From Auanema rhodensis (taxonomy: Eukaryota > Animalia > Nematoda), in NCBI GenBank assembly GCA_964057225.1, contig OZ059900.1, positions 13,578,001 through 13,642,000 on the forward strand: a stretch of DNA of 64,000 nucleotides, in the 5' to 3' direction. Within the stretch, counting starts at the first letter, position 1. Each line of letters starts with the position of its first letter. Made by a program: the position numbers and the translations under genes. The notes under the pieces are model-generated. The model was given only the letters and a program-made list of their open reading frames with translations, was not told the origin of the DNA and ran no database searches. Positions 1 to 12,401 of this stretch are shown here, in pieces.

Positions 1-3000
1 TTGGTTTAATTACCCAAGTTAGAGGTAGTATCTCAATCTAACCAGAGAACTTCTGAGTTGGAAATACATTTTGGAAAGCACACCACGAGTGTGCAATATT
101 GAAAACTGTCTGTCTTAGTATGATTATATAACACTACCGATGCTAAAGCAAAATGAATTTGAATATGAACATGACGCGTCTTTTACATTATAGTTTGATC
201 GGATAAAGCTTTGTATAGCTTTGTACACTGATCACATATACGGCGATAGGCTAGAACAGTTCATAAGTTTCCTGAATAGATTTGGTTTAATTACCCAAGT
301 GAGAGGTAGTATCTCAATCTAACCAGAGAACTTCTGAGTTGGAAATACATTTTGGAAAGCACACCACGAGTGTGCAATATTGAAAACTGTCTGTCTTAGT
401 ATGATTATATAACACTACAGATGCTAAAGCAAAATGAATTTGAATATGAACATGACGCGTATTTTACATTATAGTTTGACCGGATAAAGCTTTGTATAGC
501 TTTGTACACTGATCACATATACGGCGAGAAGCTAGAACAGTTTATAAGTTTCCTGAATAGATTTGGTTTAATTACCCAAGTTAGAGGTAGTATCTCAATC
601 TAACCAGAGAACTTCTGAGTTGGAAATACATTTTGGAAAGCACACCATGAGTGTGCAATATTGAAAATTGTCTGTCTTAGTATGATTATATGACACTATA
701 GATGCCAAAGCAAAACAAATTTGAATATGAACATGACGCGTCTTTTACATTATAGTTTCACCGGATAAAGCTTTGTATAGCTTTGTATAGCTTTGTACAC
801 TGATCACATATACGGCGATAGGCTAGAACAGTTCATAAGTTTCCTGAATAGATTTGGTTTAATTACCCAAGTTAGAGGTAGTATCTCAATCTAACCAGAG
901 AACTTCTGAGTTGGAAATACATTTTGGAAAGCACACCACGAGTGTGCAATATTGAAAACTGTCTGTCTTAGTATGATTATATAACACTATAGATGCCAAA
1001 GCAAAATGAATTTGAATATGAACATGACGCGTCTTTTACATTATAGTTTGACCGGATAAAGCTTTGTATAGCTTTGTATAGCTTTGTACACTGATCACAT
1101 ATACGGCGATAGGCTAGAACAGTTCATAAGTTTCCTGAATAGATTTGGTTTAATTACCCAAGTTAGAGGTAGTATCTCAATCTAACCAGAGAACTTCTGA
1201 GTTGGAAATACATTTTGGAAAGCACACCACGAGTGTGCAATATTGAAAACTGTCTGTCTTCGTATGATTATATGACACTATAGATGCCAAAGCAAAACAA
1301 ATTTGAATATGAACATGACGCGTCTTTTACATTATAGTTTGACTGGATAAAGCTTTGTATAGCTTTGTACACTGATCACATATACGGCGATAGGCTAGAA
1401 CAGTTCATAAGTTTCCTGAATAGATTTGGTTTAATTACCCAAGTTAGAGGTAGTATCTCAATCTAACCAGAGAACTTCTGAGTTGGAAATACATTTTGAA
1501 AAGCACACCACGAGTGTGCAATATTGAAAACTGTCTGTCTTAGTATGATTATATAACACTACCGATGCTAAAGCAAAATGAATTTGAATATGAACATGAC
1601 GCGTCTTTTACATTATAGTTTGACCGGATAAAGCTTTGTATAGCTTTGTATAGCTTTGTACACTGATCACATATACGGCGATAGGCTAGAACAGTTCATA
1701 AGTTTCCTTAATAGATTTGGTTTAATTACCCAAGTTAGAGGTAGCATCTCAATCTAACCAGAGAACTTCTGAGTTGGAAATACATTTTGGAAAGCACACC
1801 ACGAGTGTGCAATTTTGAAAACTGTCTGTCTTAGTATGATTATATAACACTACCGATGCTAAAGCAAAATGAATTTGAATATGAACATGACGCGTCTTTT
1901 ACATTATAGTTTGATCGGATAAAGCTTTGTATAGCTTTGTATAGCTTTGTACACTGATCACATATACGGCGATAGGCTAGAACAGTTCATAAGTTTCCTG
2001 AATAGATTTGGTTTAATTACCCAAGTTAGAGGTAGTATCTCAATCTAACCAGAGAACTTCTGAGTTGGAAATACATTTTGAAAAGCACACCACGAGTGTG
2101 CAATATTGAAAACTGTCTGTCTTAGTATGATTATATAACACTACCGATGCTAAAGCAAAATGAATTTGAATATGAACATGACGCGTCTTTTACATTATAG
2201 TTTGACCGGATAAAGCTTTGTATAGCTTTGTATAGCTTTGTACACTGATCACATATACGGCGATAGGCTAGAACAGTTCATAAGTTTCCTTAATAGATTT
2301 GGTTTAATTACCCAAGTTAGAGGTAGTATCTCAATCTAACCAGAGAACTTCTGAGTTGGAAATACATTTTGGAAAGCACACCACGAGTGTGCAATTTTGA
2401 AAACTGTCTGTCTTAGTATGATTATATAACACTACCGATGCTAAAGCAAAATGAATTTGAATATGAACATGACGCGTCTTTTACATTATAGTTTGATCGG
2501 ATAAAGCTTTGTATAGCTTTGTATAGCTTTGTACACTGATCACATATACGGCGATAGGCTAGAACAGTTCATAAGTTTCCTGAATAGATTTGGTTTAATT
2601 ACCCAAGTTAGAGGTAGTATCTCAATCTAACCAGAGAACTTCTGAGTTGGAAATACATTTTGGAAAGCACACCACGAGTGTGCAATATTGAAAACTGTCT
2701 GTCTTAGTATGATTATATAACACTATAGATGCCAAAGCAAAATGAATTTGAATATGAACATGACGCGTCTTTTACATTATAGTTTGACCGGATAAAGCTT
2801 TGTATAGCTTTGTATAGCTTTGTACACTGATCACATATACGGCGATAGGCTAGAACAGTTCATAAGTTTCCTGAATAGATTTGGTTTAATTACCCAAGTT
2901 AGAGGTAGTATCTCAATCTAACCAGAGAACTTCTGAGTTGGAAATACATTTTGGAAAGCACACCACGAGTGTGCAATATTGAAAACTGTCTGTCTTAGTA

Positions 3001-6000
3001 TGATTATATAACACTACCGATGCTAAAGCAAAATGAATTTGAATATGAACATGACGCGTCTTTTACATTATAGTTTGACCGGATAAAGCTTTGTATAGCT
3101 TTGTATAGCTTTGTACACTGATCACATATACGGCAATAGGCTAGAACAGTTCATAAGTTTCCTTAATAGATTTGGTTTAATTACCCAAGTTAGAGGTAGT
3201 ATCTCAATCTAACCAGAGAACTTCTGAGTTGGAAATACATTTTGGAAAGCACACCACGAGTGTGCAATTTTGAAAACTGTCTGTCTTAGTATGATTATAT
3301 AACACTACCGATGCTAAAGCAAAATGAATTTGAATATGAACATGACGCGTCTTTTACATTATAGTTTGATCGGATAAAGCTTTGTATAGCTTTGTATAGC
3401 TTTGTACACTGATCACATATACGGCGATAGGCTAGAACAGTTCATAAGTTTCCTGAATAGATTTGGTTTAATTACCCAAGTTAGAGGTAGTATCTCAATC
3501 TAACCAGAGAACTTCTGAGTTGGAAATACATTTTGGAAAGCACACCACGAGTGTGCAATATTGAAAACTGTCTGTGTTAGTATGATTATATAACACTATA
3601 GATGCCAAAGCAAAATGAATTTGAATATGAACATGACGCGTCTTTTACATTATAGTTTGACCGGATAAACCTTTGTATAGCTTTGTATAGCTTTGTACAC
3701 TGATCACATATACGGCGATAGGCTAGAACAGTTCATAAGTTTCCTGAATAGATTTGGTTTAATTACCCAAGTTAGAGGTAGTATCTCAATCTAACCAGAG
3801 AACTTCTGAGTTGGAAATACATTTTTGAAAGCACACCACGAGTGTGCAATATTGAAAACTGTCTGTCTTAGTATGATTATATAACACTATAGATGCCAAA
3901 GCAAAATGAATTTGAATATGAACATGACGCGTCTTTTACATTATAGTTTGACCGGATAAAGCTTTGTATAGCTTTGTATAGCTTTGTACACTGATCACAT
4001 ATACGGCGATAGGCTAGAACAGTTCATAAGTTTCCTGAATAGATTTGGTTTAATTACCCAAGTTAGAGGTAGTATCTCAATCTAACCAGAGAACTTCTGA
4101 GTTGGAAATACATTTTGGAAAGCACACCACGAGTGTGCAATATTGAAAACTGTCTGTCTTAGTATGATTATATAACACTACCGATGCTAAAGCAGAATGA
4201 ATTTGAATATGAACATGACGCGTCTTTTACATTATAGTTTGACCGGATAAAGCTTTGTATAGCTTTGTATAGCTTTGTACACTGATCACATATACGGCGA
4301 TAGGCTAGAACAGTTCATAAGTTTCCTGAATAGATTTGGTTTAATTACCCAAGTTAGAGGTAGTATCTCAATCTAACCAGAGAACTTCTGAGTTGGAAAT
4401 ACATTTTGGAAAGCACACCACGAGTGTGCAATATTGAAAACTGTCTGTCTTAGTATGATTATATAACACTACCGATGCTAAAGCAGAATGAATTTGAATA
4501 TGAACATGACGCGTCTTTTACATTATAGTTTGACCGGATAAAGCTTTGTATAGCTTTGTATAGCTTTGTACACTGATCACATATACGGCGATAGGCTAGA
4601 ACAGTTCATAAGTTTCCTGAATAGATTTGGTTTAATTACCCAAGTTAGAGGTAGTATCTCAATCTAACCAGAGAACTTCTGAGTTGGAAATACATTTTGG
4701 AAAGCACACCACGAGTGTGCAATATTGAAAACTGTCTGTCTTAGTATGATTATATAACACTACAGATGCTAAAGCAAAATGAATTTGAATATGAACATGA
4801 CGCGTCTTTTACATTATAGTTTGACCGGATAAAGCTTTGTATAGCTTTGTACACTGATCACATATACGGCGAGAGGCTAGAACAGTTTATAAGTTTCCTG
4901 AATAGATTTGGTTTAATTACCCAAGTTAGAGGTAGTATCTCAATCTAACCAGAGAACTTCTGAGTTGGAAATACATTTTGGAAAGCACACCACGAGTGTG
5001 CAATATTGAAAACTGTCTGTCTTAGTATGATTATATAACACTACAGATGCTAAAGCAAAATGAATTTGAATATGAACATGACGCGTCTTTTACATTATAG
5101 TTTGACCGGATAAAGCTTTGTATAGCTTTGTACACTGATCACATATACGGCGAGAGGCTAGAACAGTTTATAAGTTTCCTGAATAGATTTGGTTTAATTA
5201 CCCAAGTTAGAGGTAGTATCTCAATCTAACCAGAGAACTTCTGAGTTGGAAATACATTTTGGAAAGCACACCATGAGTGTGCAATATTGAAAACTGTCTG
5301 TCTTAGTATGATTATATAACACTATAGATGCCAAAGCAAAACAAATTTGAATATGAACATGACGCGTCTTTTACATTATAGTTTGACCGGATAAAGCTTT
5401 GTATAGCTTTGTATAGCTTTGTACACTGATCACATATACGGCGATAGGCTAGAACAGTTCATAAGTTTCCTGAATAGATTTGGTTTAATTACCCAAGTTA
5501 GAGGTAGTATCTCAATCTAACCAGAGAACTTCTGAGTTGGAAATACATTTTGGAAAGCACACCACGAGTGTGCAATATTGAAAACTGTCTGTCTTAGTAT
5601 GATTATATAACACTACCGATGCTAAAGCAAAATGAATTTGAATATGAACATGACGCGTCTTTTACATTATAGTTTGACCGGATAAAGCTTTGTATAGCTT
5701 TGTATAGCTTTGTACACTGATCACATATACGGCGATAGGCTAGAACAGTTCATAAGTTTCCTGAATAGATTTGGTTTAATTACCCAAGTTAGAGGTAGTA
5801 TCTCAATCTAACCAGAGAACTTCTGAGTTGGAAATACATTTTGGAAAGCACACCACGAGTGTGCAATATTGAAAACTGTCTGTCTTAGTATGATTATATA
5901 ACACTACCGATGCTAAAGCAAAATGAATTTGAATATGAACATGACGCGTCTTTTACATTATAGTTTGACCGGATAAAGCTTTGTATAGCTTTGTATAGCT

Positions 6001-7921
6001 TTGTACACTGATCACATATACGGCGATAGGCTAGAACAGTTCATAAGTTTCCTGAATAGATTTGGTTTAATTACCCAAGTTAGAGGTAGTATCTCAATCT
6101 AACCAGAGAACTTCTGAGTTGGAAATACATTTTGGAAAGCACACCACGAGTGTGCAATATTGAAAACTGTCTGTCTTAGTATGATTATATAACACTACCG
6201 ATGCTAAAGCAAAATGAATTTGAATATGAACATGACGCGTCTTTTACATTATAGTTTGACCGGATAAAGCTTTGTATAGCTTTGTACACTGATCACATAT
6301 ACGGCGAGAGGCTAGAACAGTTTATAAGTTTCCTGAATAGATTTGGTTTAATTACCCAAGTTAGAGGTAGTATCTCAATCTAACCAGAGAACTTCTGAGT
6401 TGGAAATACATTTTGGAAAGCACACCACGAGTGTGCAATATTGAAAATTGTCTGTCTTAGTATGATTATATGACACTATAGATGCCAAAGCAAAACAAAT
6501 TTGAATATGAACATGACGCGTCTTTTACATTATAGTTTGACCGGATAAAGCTTTGTATTGCTTTGTATAGCTTTGTACACTGATCACATATACGGCGATA
6601 GGCTAGAACAGTTTATAAGTTTCCTGAATAGATTTGGTTTAATTACCCAAGTTAGAGGTAGTATCTCAATCTAACCAGAGAACCTCTGAGTTGGAAATAC
6701 ATTTTGGAAAGCACACCACGAGTGTGCAATATTGAAAACTGTCTGTCTTAGTATGATTATATAACACTACCGATGCTAAAGCAAAATGAATTTGAATATG
6801 AACATGACGCGTCTTTTACATTATAGTTTGATCGGATAAAGCTTTGTATAGCTTTGTACACTGATCACATATACGGCGATAGGCTAGAACAGTTCATAAG
6901 TTTCCTGAATAGATTTGGTTTAATTACCCAAGTTAGAGGTAGTATCTCAATCTAACCAGAGAACTTCTGAGTTGGAAATACATTTTGGAAAGCACACCAC
7001 GAGTGTGCAATATTGAAAACTGTCTGTCTTAGTATGATTATATAACACTACAGATGCTAAAGCAAAATGAATTTGAATATGAACATGACGCGTATTTTAC
7101 ATTATAGTTTGACCGGATAAAGCTTTGTATAGCTTTGTACACTGATCACATATACGGCGAGAAGCTAGAACAGTTTATAAGTTTCCTGAATAGATTTGGT
7201 TTAATTACCCAAGTTAGAGGTAGTATCTCAATCTAACCAGAGAACTTCTGAGTTGGAAATACATTTTGGAAAGCACACCATGAGTGTGCAATATTGAAAA
7301 TTGTCTGTCTTAGTATGATTATATGACACTATAGATGCCAAAGCAAAACAAATTTGAATATGAACATGACGCGTCTTTTACATTATAGTTTGACCGGATA
7401 AAGCTTTGTATAGCTTTGTATAGCTTTGTACACTGATCACATATACGGCGAGAAGCTAGAACAGTTTATAAGTTTCCTGAATAGATTTGGTTTAATTACC
7501 CAAGTTAGAGGTAGTATCTCAATCTAACCAGAGAACTTCTGAGTTGGAAATACATTTTGGAAAGCACACCACGAGTGTGCAATATTGAAAACTGTCTGTC
7601 TTAGTATGATTATATGACCCTATAGATGCCAAAGCAAAACAAATTTGAATATGAACATGACGCGTCTTTTACATTATAGTTTGACCGGATAAAGCTTTGT
7701 ATAGCTTTGTATAGCTTTGTACACTGATCACATATACAGCGATAGGCTAGAACAGTTCATAAGTTTCTTGAATAGATTTGGTTTAATTACCCAAGTTAGA
7801 GGTAGTATCTCAATCTAACCAGAGAACTTCTGAGTTGGAAATACATTTTGGAAAATACACCACGAGTGTGCAATATTGAAAACTGTCTGTCTTAGTAGGA
7901 TTATATGACACTATAGATGCC
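1..7921 (+). ncRNA. Tandem array of 28 SL1-type spliced-leader RNA genes (281/291-bp unit, no 5S rRNA); array continues beyond the left window edge
   Basis: Each unit has GGTTTAATTACCCAAGTTAGAG (21/22 identical to nematode SL1 GGTTTAATTACCCAAGTTTGAG), then a GT donor, stem-loop II (CTAACCAGAGAACTTCTGAGTTGG), Sm site ATTTTGG and stem-loop III GCACAC-CACGA-GTGTGC. Leaders start at 3, 284, 565, 856, 1147, 1428 ... 7489, 7780. The length difference is one extra GCTTTGTATA in the spacer. Confidence 0.95.
3..97 (+). ncRNA. Representative SL RNA gene (first copy): 22-nt leader 3-24, donor GT at 25, Sm site 68-74, terminal hairpin 78-94
   Basis: Same order and spacing of elements as C. elegans SL1 RNA (leader, GT, stem II, AATTTTGG-type Sm site, GC-rich stem III). 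The 3' end is approximate. Confidence 0.92.
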
Positions 7922-8125
7922 TTAGTAATAGATTGACATCATTCACATGATTAATATATCATTAAAAAATCATCAACCATGGGATCCCTGCATCAAAATC
8001 GCCAATTTTTGGATATGAGAAAAAACAAGAAAGTTGAACAAAAGTGAAGAATTTTTCTGCTACAAAAATCATTCTGCATTGAGACACTTCGTTCTTTTCG
8101 TTCACCCAACAACCCAACGAGGCTC

Positions 8126-8168
8126 GAACTAGGCGCACGCGATGCGCTTGAACTAGGCGCACGCGATG
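8126..8168 (+). promoter_or_regulatory. CpG-rich direct repeat (GAACTAGGCGCACGCGATG x2, period 24) in the probable promoter of the UBL-kinase gene
   Basis: Exact 19-bp repeat at 8126 and 8150 in a GC-rich patch ~200 bp upstream of a TTTCAG acceptor (8333) and the ATG (8353). Regulatory role is inferred from position. Confidence 0.4.
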
Positions 8169-8352
8169 ACCCATAATGCTAGTGTGGGAGGGTGATGAGA
8201 GTGACGCGTCTGTTTGCAGAGAGGCAGAGGTAAGCGATAAAACGCCAACATCGCAATGTTCAATTAACGTTTGTGAATAGAAAACAAACTTCCTTGATTG
8301 CTAAAAATTTTATAATTTGCATTCATATTTCAGATATCCTCAATAAGCAGTA

Positions 8353-10011
8353 ATGGAGTTGTTTATCAATTTGGTCGATAACGCTAATGTTGTCCATGAT
8401 GATTTTTACTACGAATTTGACAGCGAGGTAGATGTTTTTAAATTAAGCAATTAGTAAATGTGGTTTTTTTAGACTACTTTGATACAATTGAAAAACAGGA
8501 TCAATTCGAAGTGGAATATCAGCAAGGATGATCAAAAATGGTTCTTTGAAAATGGCCAAAAACTTAGTGGACTCGGTGATAGAAGCCTTATATCTTTTGG
8601 ACTGAAACACGGTAGTAAAGTGATTGTCGTAAGTTTTCAAATTTTTATTATATTTTTTATTGGATATAGTAGAGTATGAATTTAAAAATTTTTTGAGATT
8701 GAAAACTATAATAAACAGTTACTACCTTGGTATATGCACTGCTAGTGAAGATTTTATGTTTTTATTCGGAAAAGATTTCTGGCGTTTCCAACACTGAGAA
8801 TCATTCAAAAATCTTCAATATACTTTTTAATCTTCAATTTATTTATGTTTTGATATTTGTAATTTATTTTATTGATTTCAGAGACATTCCATGACTGCGT
8901 ATTGGGAAGCTTTTATGAGAAGTTTCGAGTCGGCTCGACAAGCTTCCGCATTGAAACAAATGCCCCAAATTGAACAAGCAGTTGATCAAGCCTTGAACCA
9001 CCTGATGCCACTGAAGAAAGCTGAATTCCTGGTCACCTACCCTCAATTTGGTGAAATTTATTGCCAATTCCGTGAAAATTTCTCTCGCTACATGAAAAGG
9101 GAGTTCGAATACATTGAAATAGCCGCAAAGTTTTATTTCTCAAAATTCTTTGCTGACCAAGCTGAATGCCCAGCCCCCGACATCAGATGTGAAAAGAAGA
9201 GACCAGAGGATTGTGGAATCCAAGCAAGTTTTTGATAAAATTTGATAAAAAATATAATTGTACAACATTGTCTTTAGGGCGGGCTCATTTGTCAAGTATT
9301 GCGGAATGAAATTCTGATTGGGCAGTACTACGTTAAAGAAAATATGGGCCTAGCAAATTGGCAATCCGCAGATATTCGTGAAATATTTATTTATAAGTTG
9401 TTTGAGTTGATTGGAGTTGGGCCTAAGGTTCATTTTATTCCACACAAACACTATTCTAGTTTCGCACTTTACATCGGAGCCGATGAAGGTAAATCTTGCA
9501 AAAAAGTTTTGGTTTCATATAATTCATTTACTTTTTAGTTCCTGGTTTTCGACGAGCATACACTGAAGGAATTCATGTAAGTAGCCAAGTATACGCTCAA
9601 AGGGACTTGCTGCGGCGTGTGTTGTTTGTTAAGGATCTCCACTGGAAGAGTTATGGAATTGATGGCCATGGGAAACTGAGCATTGTTGATTTTCGAGTCT
9701 GATTGTTAGGATTTTATATTATGATCTTTGTAATTTAGATAAGGAGTTGTGTCGATCCTGAAATGGCACACAAATATTTGAACGGGTACAAAAGCTGGAA
9801 GGGGAGCAAAGAGCTATGGATTCAAGTAGCGAAGGATTGCATTAAATTGTGGAATCTACCCCATAATTTCAACAAAGCTAATGAAGCGATCTCCATGCAA
9901 AAAGAGCTGTTCAAGCAGCATTCTATTATCTGTAAACCAAATCGAAACTTTGAGAAATATTTTGTAGAAATTAACAACAATCTTAATAGTCTTATAGAAA
10001 GTTTGAAATAA
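8353..10011 (+). CDS. ~404-aa protein: N-terminal ubiquitin-like domain + atypical PI3K/PI4K/HipA-like kinase domain, inserted in the SL array
   Basis: Six exons join in frame: 8353-8427, 8473-8628, 8882-9223 (GC donor), 9278-9488, 9539-9696, 9739-10011. UBL: MELFINLV...TTLIQLKNRINSKWNISKDDQKWFFENGQKL...SLISFGLKHGSKVIV. Kinase-like: CGIQGG, YYVK, DIREIFIYKLFELIGVGPKVHF, DLHWKSYG, IVDF. AATAAA overlaps the stop. Confidence 0.8.
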
Positions 10012-10044
10012 AACAGGTTTCATTTTTTACATTGTATTTATTAC

Positions 10045-10620
10045 GAAAAATATCTGTCTTATAATGATCACATAACACTATAAATGCCTAAGCAAAATGA
10101 ATTTGAATATGAACATGACGCGTCTTTTACATTATAGTTTGACCGGATAAAGCTTTGTATAGCTTTGTACACTGATCACATATACGGCGATAGGCTAGAA
10201 CAGTTTATAAGTTTCCTGAATAGATTTGGTTTAATTACCCAAGTTATAGGTAGTATCTCAATCTAACCAGAGAACTTCTGAGTTGGAAATATATTTTGGA
10301 AAGCACACCACGAGTGTGCAATATTGAAAACTGTCTGTCTTAGTATGATTATATAACACTACAGATGCTAAAGCAAAATGAATTTGAATATGAACATGAC
10401 GCGTCTTTTACATTATAGTTTGACCGGATAAAGCTTTGTATAGCTTTGTATAGCTTTGTACACTGATCACATATACGGCGATAGGCTAGAACAGTTCATA
10501 AGTTTCCTGAATAGATTTGGTTTAATTACCCAAGTTAGAGGTAGTATCTCAATCTAACCAGAGAACTTCTGAGTTGGAAATACATTTTGGAAAGCACACC
10601 ATGAGTGTGCAATACTGAAA
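10045..10620 (+). ncRNA. Resumed SL RNA array: two copies (leaders at 10228 and 10519)
   Basis: Same unit as 1-7921. The 10228 copy has leader ...AAGTTATAG. The array stops at GTGTGCAATACTGAAA (10620). Confidence 0.92.
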
Positions 10621-10878
10621 TAGTCATTTCAGATTTCAAAAACCATAAAATCAAATAAACCATATCCGCTTTGGCTATATAGAACACTTGTCAATTCCAT
10701 CCTTGCTCACTTAAATCGCTGTACCGTCTACTGGTCATTTTTTTCTGATTTGATTTTAGGTTTTATTATAAATACATATTCTTCTTTTATTTCGATAATT
10801 TAGAATGTTTTCAACATTATGGTAAACTATATTGGATTCTGAAGCACGTACTGAGGATATTTTCTTTTCAACTGTTAA

Positions 10879-11491
10879 ATGGTATATATTCAATTTGCTT
10901 TAAAAATTATAGAAGAATATTTAGATAAAAATACGAAGAATAAAACGTTTTATACAAAAATAACGGATGAATTAGTTTCCATGTTGGTTCTATGTTAAAC
11001 CACTATTTTTATTTTTTTATGCATTCAGATATAAGAAATGTGAACCAGAGGATGCCATAATCATTTCTTTTGTTTTACCGTTTATATTACTTCAACAAAG
11101 TAATATAGATTCAGCTTTAGCTTTATTATTAGATTTATTATCCAATAATAATATTGAATTGAATCTTTTAACAGTTGAGATGATTTGGAAGGTTTGTTTA
11201 GTTAGTTTCCAACAAAATGTTAATCGTAACACAGATATGTTATCAAACTGAAGAACCTTTTACAAATATTTTGGAGCAGTACAAAGCAAAAGCCGCAATT
11301 TTGAAGACATGGACTGGTGATAGTAATATGGCAGCTCGAATATTACTACCATTTTCTCCGAAGTATAGAAACAGGTAGAGAAAATAAAAAATTTAAATAT
11401 AGAATAAAATATTTATTTAAGACTTGGTTTTTTATCAAACGATGACATATTAACAGAAGACGATTTTCAATGTATAGAAGAAAATATATAA
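10879..11491 (+). CDS. Spliced ORF of unknown function (~158 aa), possibly the 3' part of a truncated host gene
   Basis: Exons 10879-10982, 11029-11191, 11235-11374, 11422-11491 join in frame across three 43-47-nt GT-AG introns (MVYIQFALKIIEEYLDKN...LGFLSNDDILTEDDFQCIEENI*). An in-frame stop lies just before the ATG. No recognisable family. Confidence 0.55.
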
Positions 11492-12401
11492 TAGCCATTT
11501 CATATCTCTTCACTGACAGGTCACTTTGTTTGTTGCAATATTTTTATTTTTTTCAAACAAACGTATCTGTGTATAATACTATTATCTGCACATAGAACAG
11601 TATTTATTATGTTTTTTTCTGTATTTCAATATCTTTGCTTTAAAAAAAAACAGAATATTAAGATTGTTCGTATTTTCCAACAGAAAATAAGTAGTTTATG
11701 ATTATATAGGACTTAATCTGAAGCAAAGCTCGACAAAAATTTTTTTATCAAATTTTAATGAATTAGCAAAACAGTTGAGAAGAAAAAAATGTTTTTTTCT
11801 TAACAATGAGTTATTCATGTTTTTTCATAGTATTACAAGAAAGTATCAAGAAGTGAATTAGTTGTGAGGCTAAGCAGATATTTGAGAAATAGATAAATAA
11901 AAAAATGAATACTTTTCTGAATGTAAGCAATTTGTTCTTCCGGTGTTATTTTTTTTGTTACTTCAGAAATATCTACTAATCCCTCAGATCTAGGAATCTT
12001 CGATTCTACTATCTTATTAAATTTATTAGAATCTTCATTCAATTTAGGTGAATCACAAGAATTCAGAGTATAATATAAGCAAAATATACCTAAAGAATCT
12101 GTATTACCAAGATGTTTCACACATTTGGTGTTATGTCGTATGTTATATTGAGTTAAATATTTTTTTATGGTTTTCGGAGATATCTCTGTTTTCTTATGAA
12201 ATACTATATACTATTCTTTTAGAAATCATACGTTTTAAGCTCTTTAATGAGATTATGGACTTCCATTTATATAAAGTATTTTTTACAATACCAAATTACA
12301 TTGCCTTGCTATACTCAATCTTGCTGTACTGTATTAATTTTCCAATATACTTTACAATATTCCCATATTGAAAAAATAAAGAAAAAAAATTGAATATATA
12401 A

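Noticed and set aside
22-30. GAGGTAGTA matching let-7 nt 2-10 in every unit (miRNA sponge or let-7 gene idea)
   Set aside because: It is the SL exon end plus splice donor, no let-7 hairpin forms, and the match is explained by SL constraints.
78-104. Helitron-like 3' hairpin at the unit breakpoints
   Set aside because: The hairpin is SL RNA stem-loop III, and no CTRR end or RepHel sequence is present.
1-291. Protein-coding origin of the repeat unit
   Set aside because: All three plus-strand frames have multiple stops, the ORF track shows nothing on either strand, and no motif is recognisable.
1-7921. Centromeric-type satellite or CRISPR-like array
   Set aside because: Units carry a full SL RNA structure and have no variable spacers; the context is eukaryotic with no cas genes.
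7922-10044. NeSL-type SL-targeting non-LTR retrotransposon
   Set aside because: No reverse transcriptase or endonuclease motifs; the insert has introns and lies in the spacer rather than the leader exon.
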